DNA of 64,000 nt, from NCBI GenBank assembly GCA_050014195.1, contig JBEKDT010000001.1, forward strand, positions 1 to 64,000, read 5' to 3'. The stretch comes from Desulfomonilia bacterium (GTDB lineage: Bacteria; Desulfobacterota; Desulfomonilia; UBA1062). The notes under the pieces are model-generated. The model made no database searches. It was not told the origin of the DNA and saw only the letters and a program-made list of their open reading frames with translations. Numbering within the stretch: position 1 is the stretch's first letter; each line of letters begins with the position of its first letter. The translations under genes and the position numbers were made by a program. Shown here one piece after another: positions 20,374 to 29,675 of the stretch.

Positions 20374-20919
20374 CTACTTCTCCTTCTGAAAATATTCATA
20401 CCCGACCTTCAGGGCTTCGATATTTTTGTCCTTGAACTTAACCTTTGATTTGCCAAGTATGATGTCCATCTTATCGATCATTGTGGAAAACTTCACCTGG
20501 TGGGTCCTGTTTACAAAGGCACCCAGCATGACCATATTGGCATACTGCTCGCCGACGGTCGATATGGCCAGCTCATTGACGGGGATTTCCACGAGTTCGA
20601 CATCGCCCCTGCCGGGCCTGTCGGTGACGATGCTGGAGTTGATGAATATTTCTCCGCCCGAGGCGCTCTGATTCTGGAGCCGGAGCAGCGACTCATTGTC
20701 CATGACGACCAGATAGTCGGGAGATGATGCCACCGGGGAGGCGATCTCTTCATCCGAAATGGCAATGGTGCATGAGGCTACGCCTCCGCGCATCTCGGCG
20801 CCGTAGGACGGGAGGTAGGTTACATGATGACCCTCGAGCATGGCCGTCCAGGCGAGGCACAGACCGGAAAATAATATTCCCTGCCCGCCTATGCCGCTCA
20901 TGATGGTCTTCTGGAGCAT
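20374..20919 (-). CDS. 2-oxoacid:ferredoxin oxidoreductase gamma subunit
   Basis: GIGGQG, PSYGAEMRGG, NMVMLGA. Confidence 0.92.
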   Translation of the reverse strand: MLQKTIMSGIGGQGILFSGLCLAWTAMLEGHHVTYLPSYGAEMRGGVASCTIAISDEEIASPVASSPDYLVVMDNESLLRLQNQSASGGEIFINSSIVTDRPGRGDVELVEIPVNELAISTVGEQYANMVMLGAFVNRTHQVKFSTMIDKMDIILGKSKVKFKDKNIEALKVGYEYFQKEK

Positions 20920-20920
20920 A

Positions 20921-21673
20921 TCAGCTTTCCTTTGTCTTGGTGATGTCCTTGAACACACCCAAGGGATATTCCTTTTCCATGATCTCTTCCAGAAACTTGA
21001 AGGCCTCCTTCGGTGACACCTTCCAGTTGGTGGGACATGGTGACAAAACCTCCACCAGTGTATATCCCGACCCTAAAATCTGTATTTCAAATGCCCTTTT
21101 CAAGGCCTTCTTGGTGGCCATGACCTTGGCCGGTGTGGCCACCGACGTCCGGGCCACATAGGCAGCACCGGGAAGCTGGGCGATGAGGTCGGTGATCTTT
21201 AAAGGGTAGCCCTCAACCTTGGATCTCCTGCCATAAGGGGATGTGGTTGTCTTCTGGCCGAGCATGGTCGTGGGGGCCATCTGTCCGCCGGTCATGCCGT
21301 AGACCGCATTGTTCACGAATATGCTGGTGATGATCTCGCCGCGGTTGGCCGCGTGTATGGTCTCGGCAGTGCCGATGGCAGCCATATCGCCGTCACCCTG
21401 ATAGGTGAAGATTATGCGGTCGGGCAAGGCGCGCTTGAACCCTGTTGCAATGGCGCAGCCCCTGCCGTGGGCGGACTCGCACGTGTCGATGTCAAAATAG
21501 TTGTAAGCCAGCACTGCACAGCCGGCAGGCGGGATGCAGATGGTTTTTCCGCGTATATCCATCTCATCGATGAGCTCTGCTACGAGCCTGTGGATTATGG
21601 AATGTCCGCACCCGGGACAGTAATGGAACGGTGCGGGTTTCAGGCACTTGGGTCTGGTAAAAACCTTTTTCAT
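20921..21673 (-). CDS. 2-oxoacid:ferredoxin oxidoreductase beta (TPP-binding) subunit, Vor-like
   Basis: YCPGCGH, YQGDGD, NNAVYGMTGGQ, SPCPTNW. Confidence 0.93.
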   Translation of the reverse strand: MKKVFTRPKCLKPAPFHYCPGCGHSIIHRLVAELIDEMDIRGKTICIPPAGCAVLAYNYFDIDTCESAHGRGCAIATGFKRALPDRIIFTYQGDGDMAAIGTAETIHAANRGEIITSIFVNNAVYGMTGGQMAPTTMLGQKTTTSPYGRRSKVEGYPLKITDLIAQLPGAAYVARTSVATPAKVMATKKALKRAFEIQILGSGYTLVEVLSPCPTNWKVSPKEAFKFLEEIMEKEYPLGVFKDITKTKES

Positions 21674-22743
21674 GAGAGCTCCCACTGCAGCCAGTGCCTC
21701 TCGATGATCCGGGAGATCTCCTGGGGTGCCGCAACGACACCGCCGGGCCTGCCGTAGAATTCGCAGTCAACCTTGCCCCGGGTGGCAAGGCGGACGTCGT
21801 CGATCATCTGGCCGGTGCTCATCTCAAAGACCAAGATGAGCTTTGCCTTCTTCGTGAGGGTTACAATGGCTTCGTCCGGGAAGGGCCACAGGGTGATGGG
21901 CCTGATGAGCCCAACCTGGAAACCGCTGGCCCTGACACGCTTCACCGCGCCTTTGGCGATCCTGGCGGCCGTTCCGTAGGCAACTACGATCATCTTTGCG
22001 TCTTCGGTCATGAATTCCTCGTGAAGGGGGAGGTCCCTCTTCATGAGGTCGTACTTGCGCTTGAGCTTCCAGTTGTGCTCCTCCATGAGCCGCACATCAA
22101 GGATCAGGGATTTGACGATGCGGGAAGGTCTCCCTGCAGCCCCGTCTAAGATATAATCCTTGGGAGGAAGCTCGATGTCCTCTCTACCATGAAGGATGAC
22201 GGGTTCTACAATCTGTCCCATCATGCCGTCGCCCAAGATCATAACCGGAGACCGGTATATGTCGGCAATATCGAAGCACTTCATGGTGATGTCATAGAGC
22301 TCCTGGACCGAGGCCGGGGCATAGACCGGCATACGGTAATCACCGTGTCCGCCTCCTCTGGTTGCCTGGTAGTAGTCGCCCTGGCTGGGGGCAATGTTGC
22401 CAAGACCCGGCCCGCCGCGGTTGATGTTGACTATGACCGCCGGCAACTCCAGAGACGCAAGGAAGGAGAGCCCTTCCTGCTTGAGACTGATTCCCGGAGA
22501 TGATGAACTGGTCATGGCGCGGGCGCCGCTCGCTGCGGCACCTAAGACCATGTTGATGGATGCGATCTCGCTCTCCCCCTGAAGAAATACCCCGCCCACT
22601 TCCTCCATCCGTCTGGACATGTATTCCGGGATCTCATTCTGGGGGGTGATAGGGTAGCCGAAGTAGCACTTGCACCCTGCCTGGATCGCAGCCTCACCTA
22701 TGGCATCCGTACCTTTCATCAAGACCTTTTCGGTCTTATTCAC
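21670..22743 (-). CDS. 2-oxoacid:ferredoxin oxidoreductase alpha subunit, VorB-like
   Basis: GYPITPQ, ESEIA, SSSPGISLKQE, RGGPGLG; GTG start at 22743. Confidence 0.93.
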   Translation of the reverse strand: MNKTEKVLMKGTDAIGEAAIQAGCKCYFGYPITPQNEIPEYMSRRMEEVGGVFLQGESEIASINMVLGAAASGARAMTSSSSPGISLKQEGLSFLASLELPAVIVNINRGGPGLGNIAPSQGDYYQATRGGGHGDYRMPVYAPASVQELYDITMKCFDIADIYRSPVMILGDGMMGQIVEPVILHGREDIELPPKDYILDGAAGRPSRIVKSLILDVRLMEEHNWKLKRKYDLMKRDLPLHEEFMTEDAKMIVVAYGTAARIAKGAVKRVRASGFQVGLIRPITLWPFPDEAIVTLTKKAKLILVFEMSTGQMIDDVRLATRGKVDCEFYGRPGGVVAAPQEISRIIERHWLQWELS

Positions 22744-22948
22744 GGTACACCTCGATTGCCACTTCCGGACACATAACGGCGCACAGAGAGCACCCCTTAC
22801 AGGTTTCCACAATGAACTCCGCAGGATGGTAACCCTTGTGGTTGAAGGTCTCTGCTATGCGGATTGCCTTTTCAGGGCATACGGTGATACAGAGTTCGCA
22901 GCTCTTGCAAAGTCCTTGATCGATAGTAATCTTTCCCTTTGCTGCCAT
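22736..22948 (-). CDS. 2x[4Fe-4S] ferredoxin (delta subunit)
   Basis: CKSCELCITVCP and CKGCSLCAVMCP. Confidence 0.93.
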   Translation of the reverse strand: MAAKGKITIDQGLCKSCELCITVCPEKAIRIAETFNHKGYHPAEFIVETCKGCSLCAVMCPEVAIEVYRE

Positions 22949-23033
22949 AGTCCTTTACATACTCTTCATTCGGGATTAGTCGATGATATTTAACATCAAA
23001 AAGCAGCGCTGTACAGTGTGATTTTCTCATCCC

Positions 23034-23059
23034 CTTGAAATTTTAAAAAGCAACCCTAT
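23034..23059 (+). promoter_or_regulatory. Sigma32-like heat-shock promoter
   Basis: CTTGAAA-N13-CCCTAT upstream of the hsp20 cluster. Confidence 0.55.
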
Positions 23060-23105
23060 TAAAATCTAGGAAATAATACCCTACTGATTTAGGGAGGTGA
23101 AAGAA

Positions 23106-23543
23106 ATGATAACCATAGCAAGACCTGATTTGAGATGGGATCCATGGCGTGAGATGGATCGGCTACAGCGTGAAATGACTGGTGTTTTTACCCTGCCGAG
23201 GCGGCCGGTGGCGGCTTTCCCGCCATTGAACATCCATACCGGTGATGATGACGTTATCATCACGTCCGAGATACCGGGGATCGATCCGGCTGATATCGAC
23301 CTGACCGTAACGGGCGATACGCTCACCATTAAAGGGTTGAGAAAGGAACATGAGGCTAAAGAGGGCGAGACCTGGCATCGCAGGGAGCGGGGTTCAGGGA
23401 ACTTCTATCGCACCGTGCAATTGCCCTACAATGTGGACGGCAATAAGGTCCAGGCAGACTATGTCAATGGCGTGCTTAAGATGGTACTGCCACGCGCTGA
23501 GGCCGATAAACCCAGGAAGATCAGCGTTACGTCCGGGAAGTAA
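23106..23543 (+). CDS. Small heat-shock protein Hsp20
   Basis: RER.SGNF.R..LP and NGVL alpha-crystallin motifs. Confidence 0.93.
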   Translation: MITIARPDLRWDPWREMDRLQREMTGVFTLPRRPVAAFPPLNIHTGDDDVIITSEIPGIDPADIDLTVTGDTLTIKGLRKEHEAKEGETWHRRERGSGNFYRTVQLPYNVDGNKVQADYVNGVLKMVLPRAEADKPRKISVTSGK

Positions 23544-23561
23544 ATAAGGAGGTGAACGAAC

Positions 23562-23972
23562 ATGGCAGACATCAGCAAATCATTGAAGTCGGAAAAGGCT
23601 CAGGCCCAGGAAGCCGCACTAGCAGAGCGAACCAAGGACCGGCTGACATATAATCCTGCCGTAGACATCCTTGAGGATGCCGACAATTTGTATATCTATG
23701 CGGATATGCCCGGTGCGGATGATAAAAGTGTGAATGTGTCCCTGGAGAATGACGTGCTGACCATCGAGGCACAGGCTCAAGACGTGAGCTTTGACAAGCA
23801 TGACGTAACCTATGCGGAGTATGGGGTCGGCGATTATTACAGGGCATTCACCCTGAACGAGACCGTTGACCGTGACAAGATCGAGGCCAGGATGAAAAAC
23901 GGTGTGCTCAATATCGTGCTGCCCAAGGCCGAGGCGGTCAAGCCCAGGAGCATACCCATTAAGGTAGGGTAA
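23562..23972 (+). CDS. Small heat-shock protein Hsp20
   Basis: PAVDI, ADMPG, NGVL. Confidence 0.93.
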   Translation: MADISKSLKSEKAQAQEAALAERTKDRLTYNPAVDILEDADNLYIYADMPGADDKSVNVSLENDVLTIEAQAQDVSFDKHDVTYAEYGVGDYYRAFTLNETVDRDKIEARMKNGVLNIVLPKAEAVKPRSIPIKVG

Positions 23973-23996
23973 GAAACGGTAAGGAGGTGAGAAACT

Positions 23997-24506
23997 ATGG
24001 CAATGAGATATCTGACTCCGTTTAAATGGGGTCGCAGGAGTGTTCCTGCGGGTCGCGAGTTTGAAGCGCATCCTATCGATTTATTCCAGAAAGAGATGAA
24101 CCGGCTCTTTAACGACTTCTTTACAGGCACCGGGTTAAGGCCGTGGTCTGAAGAGATGGAATCTCTGGGTGCGTTCAACCCCCAGGTGAACATGACCGAG
24201 GACGAAAAATCCATCCAGGTAAGCGCAGAGCTGCCCGGGCTCGAAGAGAAAGACATCGAGATCAGTCTGAGCAAAGATTCCCTGACCATCAAGGGAGAAA
24301 AGAAGGAAGAGGCCGAGCACAAGGATAAAGAGGCCTACTACCTGGAGCGCTCTTTCGGTTCGTTTACCAGGGTTTTGCCCATCCCCAAGGATGTGAATAC
24401 CGAAAAGGCCGAGGCCTCCTTCAAGAAGGGGGTGCTCACCATCAGCCTGCCCAAGCTTGAGAAGGAAAAGCAGTCCCAGAAGAAGATAAAGATCAAGACA
24501 GACTGA
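23997..24506 (+). CDS. Small heat-shock protein Hsp20
   Basis: AELPG, ERSFGSF.R, KGVL. Confidence 0.93.
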   Translation: MAMRYLTPFKWGRRSVPAGREFEAHPIDLFQKEMNRLFNDFFTGTGLRPWSEEMESLGAFNPQVNMTEDEKSIQVSAELPGLEEKDIEISLSKDSLTIKGEKKEEAEHKDKEAYYLERSFGSFTRVLPIPKDVNTEKAEASFKKGVLTISLPKLEKEKQSQKKIKIKTD

Positions 24507-24535
24507 TTAACCTAATTCTTCTTAACCTTGATGAT

Positions 24536-24565
24536 GAGGGGGGCTCCATGGAAGCCTCCCTTTTT
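24536..24565 (+). terminator. Rho-independent terminator
   Basis: GAGGGGGGCTCCATGGAAGCCTCCC followed by TTTTT. Confidence 0.65.
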
Positions 24566-24691
24566 GGTTTATCTGTTCTTAAAAGAGAAAAGATCTTGAA
24601 ACATGTGCGAGTAAAACCTAAACATTATGTAGGATGAGGTGTGTGGTAATGCACCCCGACAATCCGTAACGGACCAAAGGAGCATGAATAG

Positions 24692-27334
24692 ATGGATGTG
24701 AACAAGTTCACGCAGAAATCCCAAGAATCGCTTGCCGGCGCCCAGAATACGGCTGTCCGCTTTGGGCATGTCGAGATGGACGTCGAGCATCTGCTGCTGG
24801 CGCTTATTGAACAACAAGACGGGCTTGTCCCACGGCTCTTTGCCAAGATGGATGTCCCGCTGCCGAGCTTTGCAGCCGAGTTGGTCAAAGAACTCGAGCG
24901 AAGGCCCAAGGTGTCGGGCCCTGGTGCCGAACCGGGCAAGATCCTCGTCTCCCAGAGACTCGGCAGGGTCCTGGTAAAGGCCAAGGATGAGGCGGCCCGG
25001 CTTAAAGATGAGTACGTCTCCGTGGAACACCTGCTCTTTGCCATGATCGACGAGGGCAAATCCGCACCTGCGGCAAAGATATTGGGCCAGTTCAAGATAA
25101 CAAAAGAGCGCCTGTTGCAGGCCTTGACCTCCATCAGGGGAAACCAGAGGGTGACCAGCGACAACCCGGAGACCGCATACGAGGCCCTGGAGAAATACGG
25201 CATCGACCTCGTGGCCCAGGCCCAGCTCGGCAAGCTCGACCCGGTCATAGGCAGGGATGCCGAGATCAGGCGCGTGGTCCGCATCCTCTCCCGCAAGACC
25301 AAGAACAACCCGGTGCTCATCGGCGAGCCGGGTGTGGGCAAAACAGCCATCGTGGAGGGCCTGGCCCAGAGGATCGTGCGAGGGGACGTGCCCGAAGGGC
25401 TCAAAGACAAGACCGTCTTCGCATTGGACATGGGTTCACTCGTGGCGGGGGCCAAATACCGTGGCGAGTTTGAGGAGCGGCTCAAGGCGGTTTTAAGCGA
25501 GATCAAGGCGAGCGAGGGGAGGATCCTGCTCTTCATAGACGAGCTGCATAATATCGTGGGCGCGGGCAGGGCCGAAGGCTCCATGGATGCAGGCAATATG
25601 CTTAAGCCCATGCTGGCCAGAGGCGAGCTCCACTGCATCGGTGCCACAACGCTTGATGAATACCGCAAATATGTGGAAAAGGACAAGGCCCTGGAGCGCC
25701 GGTTCCAGCCTGTTGTCGTGGACCCGCCAACCGTCGAGGATACCATCTCCATCCTGAGGGGCCTCAAGGAGCGCTTCGAGGTGCATCATGGGGTGAAGAT
25801 ACAGGACACTGCCCTGGTGGCGGCTTCGGTCCTGTCCAACCGGTATATATCCGACCGCTTCCTGCCGGACAAGGCCATCGACCTGGTGGATGAGGCATGC
25901 GCCATGATCCGTACCGAGATCGACTCCATGCCAAGCGAGCTCGATGGCGTGACCAGGAAGATCATGCAGCTCGAGATCGAAGAGGCGGCCCTGAAAAAGG
26001 AAAAGGACAAGGCAAGCCATGCACGCTTGGAAGAGCTCCGCAAGGAGCTCGCAGACCTCAAGGAGCACTCCGGCGCAATGCGGGCCCAGTGGGAGAGCGA
26101 AAAGGGCTCCATCCACAAGATCACCCGTTTCCGTGAGGAGATCGAGGAGACCAAGCGGCTCATCGAGCGTGCCGAGCGGGATTACGACCTGAACAAGGCC
26201 GCCGAGCTCAAGCACGGCAGGCTCCCCCAGCTGGAGCGGCAGCTTGCAGAGGCCGAGAAGACGGCCGGCGCCCAGGAAAAGAGGCTGCTCCGCGAGAGCG
26301 TTACCGAGGATGTGATAGCGGACATCGTTGCATGGTGGACCGGCATCCCGGTGTCACGGCTCGTGGAGGGAGAGAAGGAGAAGCTCTTGAGGCTCGATTC
26401 CATCCTGCACAAGCGGATCATAGGCCAGGATGAGGCGGTCCAGGCCGTGGCCGATGCAGTCATCCGGGCGCGCGCCGGCATCAAGGACCCGAAGCGGCCC
26501 ATCGGATCGTTCATCTTTTTAGGCCCCACGGGCGTGGGCAAGACCGAGCTTGCCAAGGCCCTGGCAGAGGCCCTTTTCGACACGGAAGAGAACATGGTCC
26601 GCATCGACATGAGCGAATACATGGAGAAGCACGCGGTATCCCGCCTCATCGGGTCCCCTCCCGGCTATGTCGGATATGAGGAAGGGGGACAGCTCACCGA
26701 GGCGGTGCGGCGCAAGCCCTACTCGGTAGTGCTCTTTGATGAGATCGAGAAGGCCCACCAGGACGTGTTCAACGTGCTGCTCCAGATCCTTGACGACGGT
26801 CGGGCCACCGACTCCCACGGCAGGACCGTGAACTTCAAGAATACGGTCATCATCATGACCAGCAACATCGGCTCGAGCGACCTTATCGAAGGGGTCACCA
26901 AGGACGGCGAGATTACCGAGAAGGCAAGGACTGCCGTGCTGGCCGAGATGCGCATGCACTTCAGACCCGAGTTTTTGAACCGGGTGGACGACATCGTGCT
27001 CTTCAAGGCGTTAACGCTTGCCGAGATAAAGCAGATCGTGGTGCTGCTCACCGATGAGATCCAGAAGCGGCTGGCCGAGCGGCAGATAAGCTTCTCTTTA
27101 AGCGATGCGGCCAAGGAATTCATCGCGAAAGAAGGGTACGATCCGGTCTATGGCGCACGGCCCCTGAAGCGGTTCATCCAGCGGGAGCTTGAAACCAAGC
27201 TCGGCAGGGCGCTTATCGCCGGAGATGTCATGGACGGTTCACAGGTGACGGTGGATGTGAAGGGCCAGGAACTGGCTTTCAAAATGGACAAGCCGGGAGA
27301 GAAGACCAGGCAGGCCCGGGCTTCCGGACAATAA
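24692..27334 (+). CDS. clpB: Chaperone ClpB
   Basis: Two AAA modules ([16 protein letters not shown]) and a long coiled-coil middle domain; 880 aa. Confidence 0.97.
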   Translation: MDVNKFTQKSQESLAGAQNTAVRFGHVEMDVEHLLLALIEQQDGLVPRLFAKMDVPLPSFAAELVKELERRPKVSGPGAEPGKILVSQRLGRVLVKAKDEAARLKDEYVSVEHLLFAMIDEGKSAPAAKILGQFKITKERLLQALTSIRGNQRVTSDNPETAYEALEKYGIDLVAQAQLGKLDPVIGRDAEIRRVVRILSRKTKNNPVLIGEPGVGKTAIVEGLAQRIVRGDVPEGLKDKTVFALDMGSLVAGAKYRGEFEERLKAVLSEIKASEGRILLFIDELHNIVGAGRAEGSMDAGNMLKPMLARGELHCIGATTLDEYRKYVEKDKALERRFQPVVVDPPTVEDTISILRGLKERFEVHHGVKIQDTALVAASVLSNRYISDRFLPDKAIDLVDEACAMIRTEIDSMPSELDGVTRKIMQLEIEEAALKKEKDKASHARLEELRKELADLKEHSGAMRAQWESEKGSIHKITRFREEIEETKRLIERAERDYDLNKAAELKHGRLPQLERQLAEAEKTAGAQEKRLLRESVTEDVIADIVAWWTGIPVSRLVEGEKEKLLRLDSILHKRIIGQDEAVQAVADAVIRARAGIKDPKRPIGSFIFLGPTGVGKTELAKALAEALFDTEENMVRIDMSEYMEKHAVSRLIGSPPGYVGYEEGGQLTEAVRRKPYSVVLFDEIEKAHQDVFNVLLQILDDGRATDSHGRTVNFKNTVIIMTSNIGSSDLIEGVTKDGEITEKARTAVLAEMRMHFRPEFLNRVDDIVLFKALTLAEIKQIVVLLTDEIQKRLAERQISFSLSDAAKEFIAKEGYDPVYGARPLKRFIQRELETKLGRALIAGDVMDGSQVTVDVKGQELAFKMDKPGEKTRQARASGQ

Positions 27335-27351
27335 GTATCCTCCAGGCATAT

Positions 27352-27390
27352 CCCCCCTCACCCTGACCCTCCCCCGCCAGGGGGGGAGGG
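27352..27390 (+). repeat. REP-like palindrome CCCCTCACCCTGACCCTCCCCC...GGGGGGAGGG
   Basis: Internal hairpin; an inverted partner lies at 27576-27691. Confidence 0.7.
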
Positions 27391-27398
27391 AAAATTAG

Positions 27399-27530
27399 TG
27401 TAAAGACCGAACATAGTTTACACAATAAACCGGACACATGGTTTACACTTTTTCCCTAAAAGGGGATCTTTTCATGTGCCCTACCTTACCGGTGAGTTCA
27501 TCGAGTATCCTTGAAGATAAAGCTGTTGCA
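27399..27530 (-). mobile_element. Probable IS terminal remnant (IS481-like)
   Basis: Starts TGT, with ACATAGTTTACAC / ACATGGTTTACAC repeated; minus strand reads ...ILDELTGKV...KV-stop-TMCPV, resembling a transposase tail; family call from memory. Confidence 0.45.
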
Positions 27531-27575
27531 GGAGTCTTTATTATAAACTGAGACATGGGATGCAGGTCTTGACAG

Positions 27576-27691
27576 CCCCCTCTCCCCTGGTGGGAGTGAC
27601 TCAGGCCATACATGGCCTTCGCCCTATGGGCGTTCCTTTGGAACGTCCATTTCTGCTGTCCATGCAGAAATGTGGGTTGGGGTGAGGGGGG
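27576..27691 (-). repeat. Inverted REP copy interrupted by a ~77-bp multi-hairpin insert (27597-27673)
   Basis: CCCCCTCTCCCCTGGTGGGAG [insert] GGGTTGGGGTGAGGGGG. Confidence 0.65.
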
Positions 27692-27825
27692 AGCTTGAGA
27701 CCTCCCTTGTGGTATTAAACCTACCTTTACCCTCTATCCCCTCACGGGATAATGCCATCCCAATAAACATTCAATACACAACGCTTCATTCATGTATATC
27801 TCCCCTTGTTTTCACGGGTGAGTTG

Positions 27826-28575
27826 CTAAAGGTTCTGTGTCAGGAATTCCCGGATCTTCTCTTGGTAGGTGTTGGCATGCGGGGAAATGAAGGCATCGAT
27901 ATGACCGACCCCCTCAAGGATGAGGATCTCTTTCGGCCCTGCCGCAACCTCGTGCATCTTTATGGAATGTGAAAAGGGGACAACGCCGTCTGCGGTCCCG
28001 TGGATAAAGAGCTTGGGCACCGGGCTTAAGGGGAGCGTATCAAGCGCAGAGTAGCCTTTGTCGGGAACGGTGCACTCGATGTCCGGGTAGGCCTCGCAGA
28101 AGAGGTTGTGAAACGAATACAGACCTGCCTCTAAAATGGCGCCCTTGAGCCAGGGGAATTCCGGCAGGACCCTGGCAAGCGTATATGCCCCCATGGACTG
28201 GCCGAACCCAAATACGGAGCCGCCGAATCTTTCCGGGTTATTAAGGACATGGCGGAAGACCAGCCGCGCATCTTCCTGAATCCCTGCGAGCGTAGGCGTG
28301 CCCTTTGACTGTCCGTAGCCGGCGTAGTCAAAGGCCAGGACGTGGTAGCCCATATCCAGCAGGAACAGGGCGCCGGTTACATGGGAAGTCATGTTCTCGG
28401 CATTGCCGTGGAGGTGGATGATAAGGGCATCCTTCGTTTCGGGCTGCGGGGGGTGGATGAGCCAGCAGTGGATGCGATCATGCAGCCAGATGTCTTCCCT
28501 CTGGAATCCTCGAGTGGCAGGGTCGAAGTATACATAGCTGTCCGGGTAGAAGCAGCTCTGCTCGGTAATCTTCAT
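27826..28575 (-). CDS. Alpha/beta hydrolase
   Basis: HGNAEN, DYAGYGQS, GQSMG, HGTADGVVP, GHID. Confidence 0.9.
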   Translation of the reverse strand: MKITEQSCFYPDSYVYFDPATRGFQREDIWLHDRIHCWLIHPPQPETKDALIIHLHGNAENMTSHVTGALFLLDMGYHVLAFDYAGYGQSKGTPTLAGIQEDARLVFRHVLNNPERFGGSVFGFGQSMGAYTLARVLPEFPWLKGAILEAGLYSFHNLFCEAYPDIECTVPDKGYSALDTLPLSPVPKLFIHGTADGVVPFSHSIKMHEVAAGPKEILILEGVGHIDAFISPHANTYQEKIREFLTQNL

Positions 28576-28656
28576 CCACGCCAGTATAGAGAATACTTAT
28601 CTGCCATGCAAGGGTCGTATTGACTGATACCCGCTTCGGCGTATGATAATGGCACT

Positions 28657-29382
28657 ATGAGGCCCCTCGTCACCTTTCTTTCGGATTTCGGGCTCAAGGA
28701 TGCCTATGTGGCCCAGGTGAAGGCCGTCATCCTCTCACATATCCCTGAGGCATCGATCGTCGACATCACCCATGACATAGAACCTTTTCAGGTCATATCA
28801 GCGGCATGGCTCCTCTCAACAAGCTCTCGATTCTTTCCTCCGGGGACCGTGCACCTGGCCGTGGTGGACCCCGGCGTGGGCACCGGACGGGGAATCCTTG
28901 CCATGAGAAAGGGGGGGCATCTCTTCATCGGCCCAGACAATGGGATTTTTTCATTTCTCTACCCTTCAGAGGAGATCCTTGAAATCACCTGGAGGCCCCA
29001 AGGCGCCGTATCATCGACCTTTCACGGCAGGGACATCTTTGCCCCCCTTGTAGCGAAGGTGCTTTCAGATCATGTGCTGAACGAACTCGGTATTCCCAAG
29101 ACCGACCCGGTATCCTTTGATGTAAAGGCACCCATGGTAGTACACATCGACACCTTCGGGAACGTAATCACGAACATCGGATGCGAGCGTCTGGGCCCGG
29201 GTACATTGTTTAAGGTGAACGGAACGACGGTCAGTACCGTATCCGGTACCTTTGCCGATATCCCGCCCGGGGCCGTGGGCCTCATCTGCGGCAGCGAAGG
29301 CACCATCGAGATCGTGGCAAACCGGGTCCGGGCGTCAGATATTATCGGGGCTCGGGTGGGGATGATGGTTTCGATGATTTGA
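28657..29382 (+). CDS. SAM hydroxide adenosyltransferase (DUF62) family
   Basis: SDFG, VVDPGVGTGR, GPDNG, TFHGRDIFAP, DTFGN. Confidence 0.9.
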   Translation: MRPLVTFLSDFGLKDAYVAQVKAVILSHIPEASIVDITHDIEPFQVISAAWLLSTSSRFFPPGTVHLAVVDPGVGTGRGILAMRKGGHLFIGPDNGIFSFLYPSEEILEITWRPQGAVSSTFHGRDIFAPLVAKVLSDHVLNELGIPKTDPVSFDVKAPMVVHIDTFGNVITNIGCERLGPGTLFKVNGTTVSTVSGTFADIPPGAVGLICGSEGTIEIVANRVRASDIIGARVGMMVSMI

Positions 29383-29675
29383 ACCCTGATATAGTAGTCA
29401 TAAATTTATTGAAGAAATCTATGTTCTCGAATAAGCGATAGTAAGATCAGATTTTAAGTAATGTTTTGCTTTGAAAAACATTTAGCTCTTGCAAATATTG
29501 CTCTATCTGCCTATTTTTAAAATATATATTCATTGTGATTATTATGAGTATTATTGAATAGCGCTAAGTGGGAATGTGGCATCACCATGTAGCTCTGTCA
29601 TCATTCAGTGCCATTTACTTGCCAACCGGACTAAAGGGATCACAGGGGTGAGGTGATACCGGAAGAGGTCACGTT

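Noticed and set aside
24625-27123. Long antisense ORFs over clpB (and similar ones over thiolase, lepA and the GREs)
   Set aside because: Shadow ORFs from codon bias of the real genes; no recognisable motifs
27597-27673. tRNA gene
   Set aside because: Several hairpins, but no TTC T-loop, D-loop or acceptor-stem consensus
28657-29382. Fluorinase/chlorinase
   Set aside because: TFHGRD and DPGVG..R fit the DUF62 SAM hydrolase type, and there is no halometabolite cluster
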